Virus record (IMG/VR): IMGVR_UViG_3300024054_000008
Span: 118,740-182,739 of that record
Source of the DNA: a virus
Strand: one strand, 5' to 3'
Length of the DNA stretch: 64,000 nt
In this document: piece after piece, positions 24,034 to 31,206 of the stretch
Position numbering within the stretch: the stretch's first letter is position 1
How the letters are laid out: each line of letters opens with the position of its first letter
The notes under the pieces: model-generated
Databases searched by the model: none
What the model was told of the DNA's origin: nothing
The model's input: the letters and a program-made list of their open reading frames with translations, nothing else
Translations under genes and position numbers: made by a program

Positions 24034-24720
24034 TTAAGAATCTTTTTTATCTTTGACTATCTTATCCAGTGCTTCATTTTCAGTTTCTGACAAGAATTTG
24101 CGAACTTCGCTCAAATCAGGTTTCGATTTGAGCCAAATACTCAAAATGTCCGGAGCGTCTTTTGCTTCGCGGCTTGGATTGTTTACCAAGGCCTGGACTT
24201 TGAGCCCAATCAGCGCGGCTGCTGAAACTACCGGGACTTTATGCCCGAGAACCATGTGCTCTTCAGCTGTTGACAATGCCAATTGTTTGAGTGGGTCAGT
24301 TGCGGTCAACAATTCGACTTGGCCGTTCTTTCGATGGTCGATAGTCAGGACTGTCCCAGTGCTTGATTTTGCTTTGTAAAAAGCAAATTTTTCCATGTAT
24401 CGTGGGTCGCTGAGTTTGTCAGACGGTGGCAACTCTGAGACCAGAACGTCAATGTCGTCGGTGTTACGGATTACGCCATGAATAATCAATGCAACAGCGC
24501 CAATAACAGCAAAATCAATTTGATTGTCCTTCAAAAGATTTGACAAACCAGACATCACAGATGATTCTGGGACTGAACCATGTAAAGAACGACCACGAAG
24601 TTCGTGCACAGCTTCAATGATTTCGTCAGCTTCTTTTTCGTGTCCATAGTCGTCAGCAATCTTGTGAGCAATCCGCACAAGGTTTTGCATCAACTCTGAG
24701 CTGTTTCTGAATTCAGTCAC
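24034..24720 (-). CDS. Nucleotidyltransferase (AbiEii/DUF6036-like, pol-beta fold)
   Basis: FAVIGAVALIIHGVIRNTDDIDVLV; LIGLKVQA; KDAPDI. Confidence 0.8.
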   Translation of the reverse strand: MTEFRNSSELMQNLVRIAHKIADDYGHEKEADEIIEAVHELRGRSLHGSVPESSVMSGLSNLLKDNQIDFAVIGAVALIIHGVIRNTDDIDVLVSELPPSDKLSDPRYMEKFAFYKAKSSTGTVLTIDHRKNGQVELLTATDPLKQLALSTAEEHMVLGHKVPVVSAAALIGLKVQALVNNPSREAKDAPDILSIWLKSKPDLSEVRKFLSETENEALDKIVKDKKDS

Positions 24721-24735
24721 GTCGAACTCATTTTG

Positions 24736-24820
24736 CGGAGAATGAGGGATTCGAACCCCCGGTACGTTGCCGTACGGCGGTTTTCAAAACCGCTGCCTTA
24801 GACCACTCGGCCAATTCTCC
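24736..24820 (-). tRNA. tRNA-Ser(UGA)
   Basis: GGAGAAT acceptor; GCGGT-TTTGAAA-ACCGC; long variable arm; G73. Confidence 0.95.
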
Positions 24821-24821
24821 G

Positions 24822-24893
24822 TGACCCCAGCGAGAATCGAACTCGCCTTTACGGGATGAAAACCCGTTGTCCTGACCGATAGACGATGGGGCC
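24822..24893 (-). tRNA. tRNA-Glu(UUC)
   Basis: GGCCCCA acceptor; ACGGG-TTTTCAT-CCCGT. Confidence 0.95.
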
Positions 24894-24900
24894 GTGTATA

Positions 24901-25455
24901 TCATTTTATTTTGTAATTCTTATATTTTACGTTCGTGGTTATGGTCTTTTGATTTTTAACTTCTGAAAATGGAATCAACCACATATCCTCATTAAAACTC
25001 ACAAGACAAACAAAATCGCATTCAGAATCAGCATACTTAATTCGTCGAACACCTTTTGTGTTAGTCCTAACCCTTTGAATGGAGAAAACAAAGTGGCCTT
25101 TTGGTTTGTGTGTTGATGTTTTGATTTGCACTTTTTTAAAATCACCAATAACTGGTGACGAAACCAACAAATCGAATGACGACCCTAACTCCGGTGAGAG
25201 AACTGTTGCACCACTTAGTATAAATATGTATTTAACATAATATTCAGCAGCTTTCCTGAAAAGCTGATGGTCTTTATTAAGATCATAACTGTGTTGCAAC
25301 TTTGGCAATAAATGGAAATTTTTATCGCGTTTCAAACCGAGTTTCCTAAATCTTTTGAAAACTGAAGCCTGATGCTTTACTCCGAGTTTTGAGGCTATTA
25401 ACCTCGCACCCAAACCAGTTTCCCACAATTTCTTTATTTCTGAGTCTAATTCTCT
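24901..25455 (-). CDS. PD-(D/E)XK homing-type endonuclease with N-terminal HTH-like segment; start codon unresolved (frame stays open through the tRNA 3' exon and intron to 25755)
   Basis: AAEYYV...FDLLV...KVQIKTS...YADSECDFVCLV...WLIP resembles group I intron-associated PD-(D/E)XK nucleases. Confidence 0.75.
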   Translation of the reverse strand, partial: RELDSEIKKLWETGLGARLIASKLGVKHQASVFKRFRKLGLKRDKNFHLLPKLQHSYDLNKDHQLFRKAAEYYVKYIFILSGATVLSPELGSSFDLLVSSPVIGDFKKVQIKTSTHKPKGHFVFSIQRVRTNTKGVRRIKYADSECDFVCLVSFNEDMWLIPFSEVKNQKTITTNVKYKNYKIK

Positions 25456-25806
25456 TGGTCGGCCCTGAGGGACTTGAACCCTCACGCCTTTCGGCGAAGG
25501 ATTTTCTTCACCACTTTGACTTTCGTCAACCACCGATTGGTGTTGTGGTCCGGACTGTATCATCGCCCTCGTCTTTACGTTAGGGCGCCCCGAGCGCGAG
25601 TCTCTGAACCTTCCCCCGTTCTGGGGGCTCGGCTGCTGATTGCCCAATCCGACTTGTTTTTTGCCTTCACGCTTCCCGTTCCCAGGTACGTTGTGGCCAG
25701 GTCGGCTATTAGGGGTTTCCAGCAATTTCCGGGGTTCCATTCTGTGGTTTCTCACAGACGGTTCAATTTGTTAAATCCTCTGCGTCTGCCATTCCGCCAA
25801 GGGCCG
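25456..25806 (-). tRNA. tRNA-Leu(UAA) split by a group I intron (exons 25773-25806 and 25456-25505)
   Basis: Joined exons give CGGCCCT/AGGGCCG-ACCA acceptor and GAGGA-TTTAAAA-TCCTT anticodon arm. Confidence 0.92.
25506..25772 (-). mobile_element. Group I intron (267 nt) after U34 of tRNA-Leu(UAA)
   Basis: P AAATTGCTGGAAACCC, Q GGGCAATCAGCAGCC, R GTTCAGAGACT, S ATGATACAGTCC; follows U, ends in G. Confidence 0.9.
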
Positions 25807-25861
25807 TTATGTCTTCTGTTATCTTAAGATTACGCTAAGGAAGCAGTCGCTTACAAGCCTT

Positions 25862-26053
25862 TCAGCTCTCGAACGGGTCGACCGACGTCCCGTCTCGTCG
25901 GAGCTTCCACTCGAACAGGACCAGCTCGTGGTTGTCGTTGTCCGCATCCCAGTCCTCGTAGTTCTGGGCGGTCTCCTTCGCCACTTCGATCGCCTGGCGC
26001 TTGCTGAGCCCCTCGTGGTGCATGAGGGAAAGAACGTGCTCGTCAGTGTTCAT
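25862..26053 (-). CDS. Small GC-rich acidic hypothetical protein
   Basis: GGAGGT SD; promoter 26074-26098. Confidence 0.7.
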   Translation of the reverse strand: MNTDEHVLSLMHHEGLSKRQAIEVAKETAQNYEDWDADNDNHELVLFEWKLRRDGTSVDPFES

Positions 26054-26073
26054 GCGCAACCTCCAACCGTCGG

Positions 26074-26098
26074 TACACGCCAGACGACCAGAGCTGCG
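26074..26098 (-). promoter_or_regulatory. ECF-like promoter CGCAGC-N15-TGTA
   Basis: Motif match followed by GGAGGT. Confidence 0.65.
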
Positions 26099-26115
26099 TT
26101 GATTAGATCATCTTG

Positions 26116-26430
26116 TGGGAGATCTGGGGTTCGAACCCAGGACCTTAGGATTACCTACCGCACCGTCTTTCAACGGCTGCTTTTGCATTGCGGTCTGGAC
26201 CATATCATCACCTTCGACTTCACGTTAAGGTGTCTCGCGTATGGCCTCTGAGGACTCTCTCCATTCGGAGGTTGCCTGCTGATTGCCCACGTATCTCAAA
26301 GATTGTTACGTCTTCACGTACTTTGAGCTTTAGGGTGTTCCAGCATACAGCGAGATTTTCTGGCTTCGTATTTCTACGAAGTGATTCCATTTTGAAAATC
26401 CTCTGCTCTAACCGGCTGAGCTAATCTCCC
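26116..26430 (-). tRNA. tRNA-Lys(UUU), probable, split by a group I intron (exons 26395-26430 and 26116-26153)
   Basis: GGGAGAT/ATCTCCC-A acceptor; TTAGCTCAG D-arm; joined loop TTTT+TAA; Thr(UGU) is the alternative if both splice sites shift by one base. Confidence 0.8.
26154..26394 (-). mobile_element. Group I intron (241 nt), ORF-less
   Basis: P TGTATGCTGGAACACCC, Q GGGCAATCAGCAGG, R CCTCAGAGGCCA, S ATGATATGGTCC; P3 CTCGC/GCGAG. Confidence 0.88.
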
Positions 26431-26436
26431 TTTAGT

Positions 26437-26703
26437 TTACGATTCTACCACTTCTTGTGCTTTGTTGAGCTCCATCCTTAGCTTCAACCCCTCCAAATGT
26501 CCATCAACGATGATGGCGCCGGTCGCAGGAAATGAATTAACGATGTAGTCACCTTCTTTTAGGTGAAACGTGTCATCCGGTTCCGGCCTTCGTACAACAC
26601 AAACGCAGTTATTTTCTTTCACCCAGGTTTCGTTATCATACAACGGTTGCATTTCCCACCGTTGGGACTTCAGATTGAAGTAGACCAAATGGCGTATCAC
26701 CAA
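26437..26703 (-). CDS. Hypothetical protein, C-terminal tag (AQEVVES)
   Basis: Signature present although followed by a tRNA, not a coupled gene. Confidence 0.7.
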   Translation of the reverse strand: MVIRHLVYFNLKSQRWEMQPLYDNETWVKENNCVCVVRRPEPDDTFHLKEGDYIVNSFPATGAIIVDGHLEGLKLRMELNKAQEVVES

Positions 26704-26834
26704 GCTTGCGCCTCGTCTTTACGCCAGGTCTTGCGGCTCTTGCGTTTCAGACGACGATCTTTCATCGGCCCGCCCTTCTTTCGGGTGAGCATGGCGAGAA
26801 CAATGGTTGAACGAACACGAACAATCTGAGCCAT
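26697..26834 (-). CDS. Very small basic protein (45 aa, not in ORF track)
   Basis: MAQIVRVRST...RRLKRKSRKTWRK; GGAGG SD; promoter 26855-26879. Confidence 0.6.
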   Translation of the reverse strand: MAQIVRVRSTIVLAMLTRKKGGPMKDRRLKRKSRKTWRKDEAQAW

Positions 26835-26854
26835 TTGCCGCCTCCAATGCTCAG

Positions 26855-26879
26855 TACGAGCGGCAGTCAACAATTTACA
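26855..26879 (-). promoter_or_regulatory. ECF-like promoter TGTAAA-N15-CGTA
   Basis: Motif match. Confidence 0.6.
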
Positions 26880-26930
26880 CCGTCCGGGTTAGTCACGGAA
26901 GATCCGACATCGATTCCGTCCCAAGCATAC

Positions 26931-27161
26931 TCAAGAACTGGTGACCTCCAGAACCGCCAGGAGCTGTTCTGCATCTTCGCGACTCAACATCCCCTTATGG
27001 GTGACGCGTGGTCTCGGAGGGTCCGGAGGAGCAAGCATTGGCACATGCTTAGAGCATACACGGATAAGATCCATACCACCGGACCGTGACCTCGTGGCGA
27101 TGGTGACAGTATCATGAGAGCAGTCTCCGTACCGCCTAAGGTAACATCTGATTTCGGTCAC
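26931..27161 (-). CDS. Cys-containing hypothetical protein
   Basis: ORF; weak tag-like end VLEVTSS. Confidence 0.55.
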   Translation of the reverse strand: MTEIRCYLRRYGDCSHDTVTIATRSRSGGMDLIRVCSKHVPMLAPPDPPRPRVTHKGMLSREDAEQLLAVLEVTSS

Positions 27162-27173
27162 GCTATCCTCCGT

Positions 27174-27479
27174 CTAGGTTTCCTTTGGAAGCATTTCTAC
27201 CTTGATCGTAAGCAAAATCATTCGCTCCCATTCGTGCTCGCAATCACCGCAGTAGAAAGAATGGCTCATAGGTTCGTTTGCAAGCGGATAGCTCAAATAT
27301 GAGTCTGAGAGATCGTATTTGACAAGCGCCCCGCAATTTGGGCACTTATCTTCCAGAGAAAATCCGGGAACGTAGAACCGCTTGACGTCAATTTCCATCG
27401 CAAACCTCAGCGCGGATTTCCCGCTTGCCGGCTTGACGAACCTTGGTTTCGATTGCCTTCTCCAGGGCGTTTGCAGCAC
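27174..27479 (-). CDS. Zinc-ribbon-like protein
   Basis: CPNCG and CGDC; real start probably MEIDVKRF. Confidence 0.65.
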   Translation of the reverse strand: MLQTPWRRQSKPRFVKPASGKSALRFAMEIDVKRFYVPGFSLEDKCPNCGALVKYDLSDSYLSYPLANEPMSHSFYCGDCEHEWERMILLTIKVEMLPKET

Positions 27480-27561
27480 GGACGGTCATCCGTGTACCAT
27501 GACGGCGTACACAATACTTTGCGTATGATTCTTGACCAGTTGCCTTCTTGCCGACCTTCAT
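27388..27561 (-). CDS. Small basic protein
   Basis: MKVGKKAT start with GGAGA SD and promoter. Confidence 0.6.
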   Translation of the reverse strand: MKVGKKATGQESYAKYCVRRHGTRMTVRAANALEKAIETKVRQAGKREIRAEVCDGN

Positions 27562-27579
27562 GTCTGTCTCCAGCTTTGG

Positions 27580-27618
27580 TACGTCCGCGCCAGCGTAGCT
27601 TACGCTTGTTGTGTCGTA
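27580..27618. promoter_or_regulatory. Overlapping divergent ECF-like promoters sharing a palindromic -35 region
   Basis: + CGTAGC(27594-99)-N15-CGTA(27615-18); - CGTAAG(27599-604)-N15-CGTA(27580-83); AGCGTAgctTACGCT. Confidence 0.7.
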
Positions 27619-27638
27619 TCGGCCAGTGGAGGCGTGCA

Positions 27639-27845
27639 ATGTCCGCTGAGAAATATTTTGATAAGCACATCCACCACGCTGCCCAGCGTCTTGGTTTCGG
27701 ACAAGACTTTGAAAACGTCGTAAATCATCTTGTGACGTTGGTCGGAACTTACGAGACCGCTCATCTCATCGCAAAGGCAGCCCAGGTCTATCTTGCTTGG
27801 GAAATCACTTCGGAAAACCACCAGCCTGAGTCCGGCCGGTCGTAA
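27639..27845 (+). CDS. Small hypothetical protein
   Basis: MSAEKYFDK start with GGAGG SD. Confidence 0.65.
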   Translation: MSAEKYFDKHIHHAAQRLGFGQDFENVVNHLVTLVGTYETAHLIAKAAQVYLAWEITSENHQPESGRS

Positions 27846-27865
27846 GTCGGCCGTCAGGCGGCGTA
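27841..27865 (+). promoter_or_regulatory. ECF-like promoter CGTAAG-N15-CGTA
   Basis: Motif match upstream of 27926 gene. Confidence 0.65.
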
Positions 27866-27925
27866 TCTGCTGTTGGGCGACGGACGGCGCGGTGCCGCCC
27901 CGGTCCCACTCTGAGAGAACCACCC

Positions 27926-28288
27926 ATGACCAACTCGAACAACTACCCCTTCCTGACCAAGTCCCAGCTCAAGGACCGCATCTCGTCCGACGACGAGTTC
28001 GTGGCAGCTTGCGTCCTCGTGATGCAGTCCCGCCAGACCGACGACGAGCAGGAGGTTCGCGAGACCCGCTGGAAGAACCGCCGCGGCTGGATGTCCTCGC
28101 ACGCCGTCCGCGGCGGCAAGCTCGCCTCAAAGATCGAGTCCGGTGAGGCCCTCTCCGAAGAGGAGCTGGACCAGGCTCGCAAGATGCTGCTCTCGTACAG
28201 CAAGCAGTTGGCGAGCCACTTCCGGGCACTGGCCATCGAGGCCAACCCGGCCCTCAAAGACGCCGGGTCCGTCTTCGGCGTCTGCTGA
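27926..28288 (+). CDS. GC-rich hypothetical protein, paralog of 12386..12748
   Basis: Shared motifs along the full length. Confidence 0.85.
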   Translation: MTNSNNYPFLTKSQLKDRISSDDEFVAACVLVMQSRQTDDEQEVRETRWKNRRGWMSSHAVRGGKLASKIESGEALSEEELDQARKMLLSYSKQLASHFRALAIEANPALKDAGSVFGVC

Positions 28289-28293
28289 GAAAT

Positions 28294-28335
28294 CAGCGCG
28301 GCCGGCCTGGCGCAAGTCAGGCCGGCCGCGCTGTA
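28294..28335 (+). promoter_or_regulatory. Hairpin overlapping ECF-like promoter CGCAAG-N15-TGTA (28311-28335)
   Basis: cagcgcggccggcctg...caggccggccgcgctg. Confidence 0.6.
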
Positions 28336-28351
28336 CCGTCTCGGGTCGGAG

Positions 28352-28753
28352 GTGCGCGTGCGCATTTTGATTCTGGACGACAATCCGGAACGCCACAAAG
28401 TGTTCGCCGGGGTCCTCAAAAGAGAGGTCCTGGTTCACGTGTTTGTTGCGGCCCTGCAATCGCAGGAGCCGTTCGATTTGGTGTATTTGGACCATGATCT
28501 TGGCGATTTCGCCGCGGCTGACACGTACGACGACTACGGCGACGGCATGTACTCAGGCGGAAGCAAACGCGAGTACACGGGTGCCGATGTCGCATGGTTC
28601 ATTGCGCGCAAGCTCGACCAAAGCAAGTGGCCGACTCGCATAATCATTCATTCCTGGAACCCCGACGGTGCCCGCCGCATGAGAGATACGCTCCAGGACG
28701 CTGGACTTTCATGCGTTTGCCAACCATTTGGTGAGTCGTTCACATTTGGCTAA
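28352..28753 (+). CDS. Stand-alone receiver-like domain (cyclic-phosphate-processing receiver type)
   Basis: ILILDD.PER; VYLDHDLG; YTGADVA; IIIHSWNPDGA..M. Confidence 0.7.
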   Translation: MRVRILILDDNPERHKVFAGVLKREVLVHVFVAALQSQEPFDLVYLDHDLGDFAAADTYDDYGDGMYSGGSKREYTGADVAWFIARKLDQSKWPTRIIIHSWNPDGARRMRDTLQDAGLSCVCQPFGESFTFG

Positions 28754-28765
28754 TATGGTTCAAAA

Positions 28766-29485
28766 ATGCGTCTTAGGATAATGAGTGATCTCCATCTAGA
28801 ATTTCATAAAGATGGTGGAGAGTGTTTTGTTAATAGCCTTGAGACAGAAGGAACGGACATTCTTATTTTGGCCGGTGACATTTGCATGCACCAACAGTTA
28901 GACGTTGTTTTGACGTCGTTTTGTAAGAAATTTCCGAAGGTGGTGTATACACTCGGAAACCATGAATATTATAGGTCTTCCAGATATAAAGTCTGTAAGA
29001 CGATGAAGAATGTTTGTGAAAAAAACGACAATTTAATTTGGCTTGAGGCCTCGAGCAAAATTATAGACGGCGTAAAATTTGTTGGCGGAACGCTTTGGTT
29101 CAAAGAAGCGCCGATGGCCCCAAAGTGGTCGCTCAGTGATTTCAGTGAAATTGAAAACTTTGAATCTTGGGTCTACGATTTGAACCGCGAAACAACTCGA
29201 AAAATTGAAGACGAAATTGACGGCAATTGTGTCGTTGTCACCCATCATCTACCGAGTTTCAAATCAGTCCATGAAGCTTACAAACGAAGCCAATTAAATC
29301 CATTCTTCGTTTGCGACTTGGAGCCAATGATCAAGCATTTCAAACCCAAACTTTGGATTCATGGACACACCCATGTTTCGATGTGGTACAACATTGGACC
29401 AACTCAGGTCATTTGCAATCCGTTTGGGTACATGAGAAGAGAAGAAAATCCGAATTTCAATGAAAATCTAACTGTGGAAATCTAG
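28766..29485 (+). CDS. Calcineurin-like metallophosphoesterase
   Basis: SDLHLE, LAGDI, GNHEY, THHLP, WIHGHTH. Confidence 0.92.
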   Translation: MRLRIMSDLHLEFHKDGGECFVNSLETEGTDILILAGDICMHQQLDVVLTSFCKKFPKVVYTLGNHEYYRSSRYKVCKTMKNVCEKNDNLIWLEASSKIIDGVKFVGGTLWFKEAPMAPKWSLSDFSEIENFESWVYDLNRETTRKIEDEIDGNCVVVTHHLPSFKSVHEAYKRSQLNPFFVCDLEPMIKHFKPKLWIHGHTHVSMWYNIGPTQVICNPFGYMRREENPNFNENLTVEI

Positions 29486-29515
29486 GCTTTTGTTGTTGTA
29501 ATCTAGATAAGACTT

Positions 29516-29565
29516 GCGCGCCCCGAATGGTTCGCCCCCCCCCCTCCGGACCATTCGGGGCGCGT
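29516..29565. terminator. Hairpin between convergent genes
   Basis: gcgcgccccgaatgg...ccattcggggcgcg with poly-C loop. Confidence 0.7.
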
Positions 29566-29606
29566 CTTTATTATCACATATATATTTCAACAATATGTGT
29601 GGTACA

Positions 29607-30356
29607 TCAGCCAGTCATGACAGACTTTGTGGCCGCAAAGTCGATGGCTTGCTGAATCACGTCGTCATTGATCAATTCTAGGAGCCTTGGGTTGCGATTG
29701 AAATAGGCGGCCATGTCACCAATACTAAGTCGGTCCTTAGCCTTGTTCAGAGCAACCATCAATTCCCGTGATGGTGGGTTTGCAGCTGATTCTTCGCAAA
29801 TTCTGACAAAAACCCGACCGAGATTATCAGAACAAATGGCACCTGTAGCTTTGTAATATTCGACAATCAATGATAATTCTTTGAGTTCCAAGTCACCGCT
29901 AAGCCACTTGGCAAAAGTCTGAATGACGCGTAGTCTAGTTTTATCAGCGTCAGTTACGTATTTCTTTTCTTGCTTTTCTTTGTGTTTTCTGATGATTCCT
30001 TCTTTTTGAGAATCAAATTTTTCCATCAATTCACGAATATCGTTGATAAGTTTTTCTTTTCTTTCTAGATAAACTTTGGCATTGAGCTTGACGTTAAAAT
30101 AATAACTGCTTTCTAATTTTTCACTATTGTTACAGTGAAGTATTTCCTGGCCTGGCAACAAAACAATTGGATACACAAAGTTGGTGATTTTCCCGTATTT
30201 ATCTGATGACGACGTCAAGCGGTTGCTACTCGTTCCAACAGTCGAAATCATAACTCCCTTAACCAGCCCTTGTTCCCAAGCAGGAAGATTGCTAAACTCC
30301 AGAAATTCTTCATCAGAGAATTCTGGGAATTCTTCACGCTTGTAAAGCTCAGTCAT
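29607..30356 (-). CDS. Hypothetical protein, C-terminal tag (TKSVMTG)
   Basis: 249-aa ORF; signature without a coupled downstream gene. Confidence 0.75.
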   Translation of the reverse strand: MTELYKREEFPEFSDEEFLEFSNLPAWEQGLVKGVMISTVGTSSNRLTSSSDKYGKITNFVYPIVLLPGQEILHCNNSEKLESSYYFNVKLNAKVYLERKEKLINDIRELMEKFDSQKEGIIRKHKEKQEKKYVTDADKTRLRVIQTFAKWLSGDLELKELSLIVEYYKATGAICSDNLGRVFVRICEESAANPPSRELMVALNKAKDRLSIGDMAAYFNRNPRLLELINDDVIQQAIDFAATKSVMTG

Positions 30357-30359
30357 GGC

Positions 30360-30677
30360 TCACCCGTGCAAGATTTCACACGTTGAAATCAAGTCTTGCA
30401 GCATCGCGTCTACTTCCTCCTCTGATTTGTTGAAAACCAACACGTGACCCTTCGGGATGTAGACCTCTAGGATTGTCCAATCACCAGACAAAGACCCAAT
30501 CCAGCTCAAATCTGCAAGAAAGCTACAGAAAATCTTGCCAAAACCTTGGATTTTGTTAGAAAGACCGACAACAGGCAAGTTTTCTTTTGTATAAACAATC
30601 GATGCGAGACGGCTCGCATCAACCTTGAACAGAGGCTTACGATACTTATCAGACAGCTTTTGTGAAAAGACGATCAC
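30360..30677 (-). CDS. Hypothetical protein, C-terminal tag (TCEILHG)
   Basis: GTG start overlapping upstream TGA. Confidence 0.65.
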   Translation of the reverse strand: MIVFSQKLSDKYRKPLFKVDASRLASIVYTKENLPVVGLSNKIQGFGKIFCSFLADLSWIGSLSGDWTILEVYIPKGHVLVFNKSEEEVDAMLQDLISTCEILHG

Positions 30678-31045
30678 GACTCCACAAGCTCCTGAGTCTC
30701 TTCTTGGTTTTGCTCTTCTTCGTAAAAGAGTCCTTCCCAAACGTCATTCATTTTTTGTTCGAAAAGCTTGGTCGCAACTACAGAAAGGGCCTGCATGAAG
30801 GTGTCCCAGCTTCCGTCCATCTCTTCGAAGTCTTGATCTGGCGGGTCCCAATAAGTTCCAGCATGATAAGTCGTAACCCCAATCCTGAAAACTTCTTCTC
30901 CATCTTTTTCGGCCTTGAAAATCGAGAAAGAATCAATTTCAACCGAGCTGACATCAAGGTCAGAAGACAACTCGATTTTGAATTTTTCCTCTCCAAAGAG
31001 AGCCGAAAAGAATTTCGTTGCAAGTTGCAGGTCGTATTGGTTCAC
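30674..31045 (-). CDS. Acidic hypothetical protein, C-terminal tag (TQELVES)
   Basis: ORF with signature. Confidence 0.7.
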   Translation of the reverse strand: MNQYDLQLATKFFSALFGEEKFKIELSSDLDVSSVEIDSFSIFKAEKDGEEVFRIGVTTYHAGTYWDPPDQDFEEMDGSWDTFMQALSVVATKLFEQKMNDVWEGLFYEEEQNQEETQELVES

Positions 31046-31168
31046 AGTACACCTTCTTCAGGTGAATTGGTGGGCACACAGCTGGGAGTTTACAGTTCCG
31101 GACCTATAAACCGTCATAGCCACGTGAAATCACGCACGCTAAGACCCAAAGGCGTGCCCAACAACAAA

Positions 31169-31193
31169 TACGCACGGGCACAACCGGCTTCCG
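31169..31193 (-). promoter_or_regulatory. ECF-like promoter CGGAAG-N15-CGTA
   Basis: Motif match. Confidence 0.65.
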
Positions 31194-31206
31194 TTGATTG
31201 GGAGAC

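Noticed and set aside
22987-24037. ORFs overlapping tRNA genes (22987..23238 5' part, 23577..23762, 23676..23873, 23741..24037)
   Set aside because: These translate tRNA sequence and are not credible proteins.
24901-25755. 284-aa ORF taken at face value
   Set aside because: The first roughly 100 codons are intron and tRNA sequence; only the part downstream of the tRNA looks like protein, so the start is left unresolved.
26116-26430. tRNA-Thr(UGU) assignment for the second intron-containing tRNA
   Set aside because: The body has Lys-type features (G1-G2-G3, A73) and a separate Thr(UGU) gene is at 23823-23894; not fully excluded without the splice junction.
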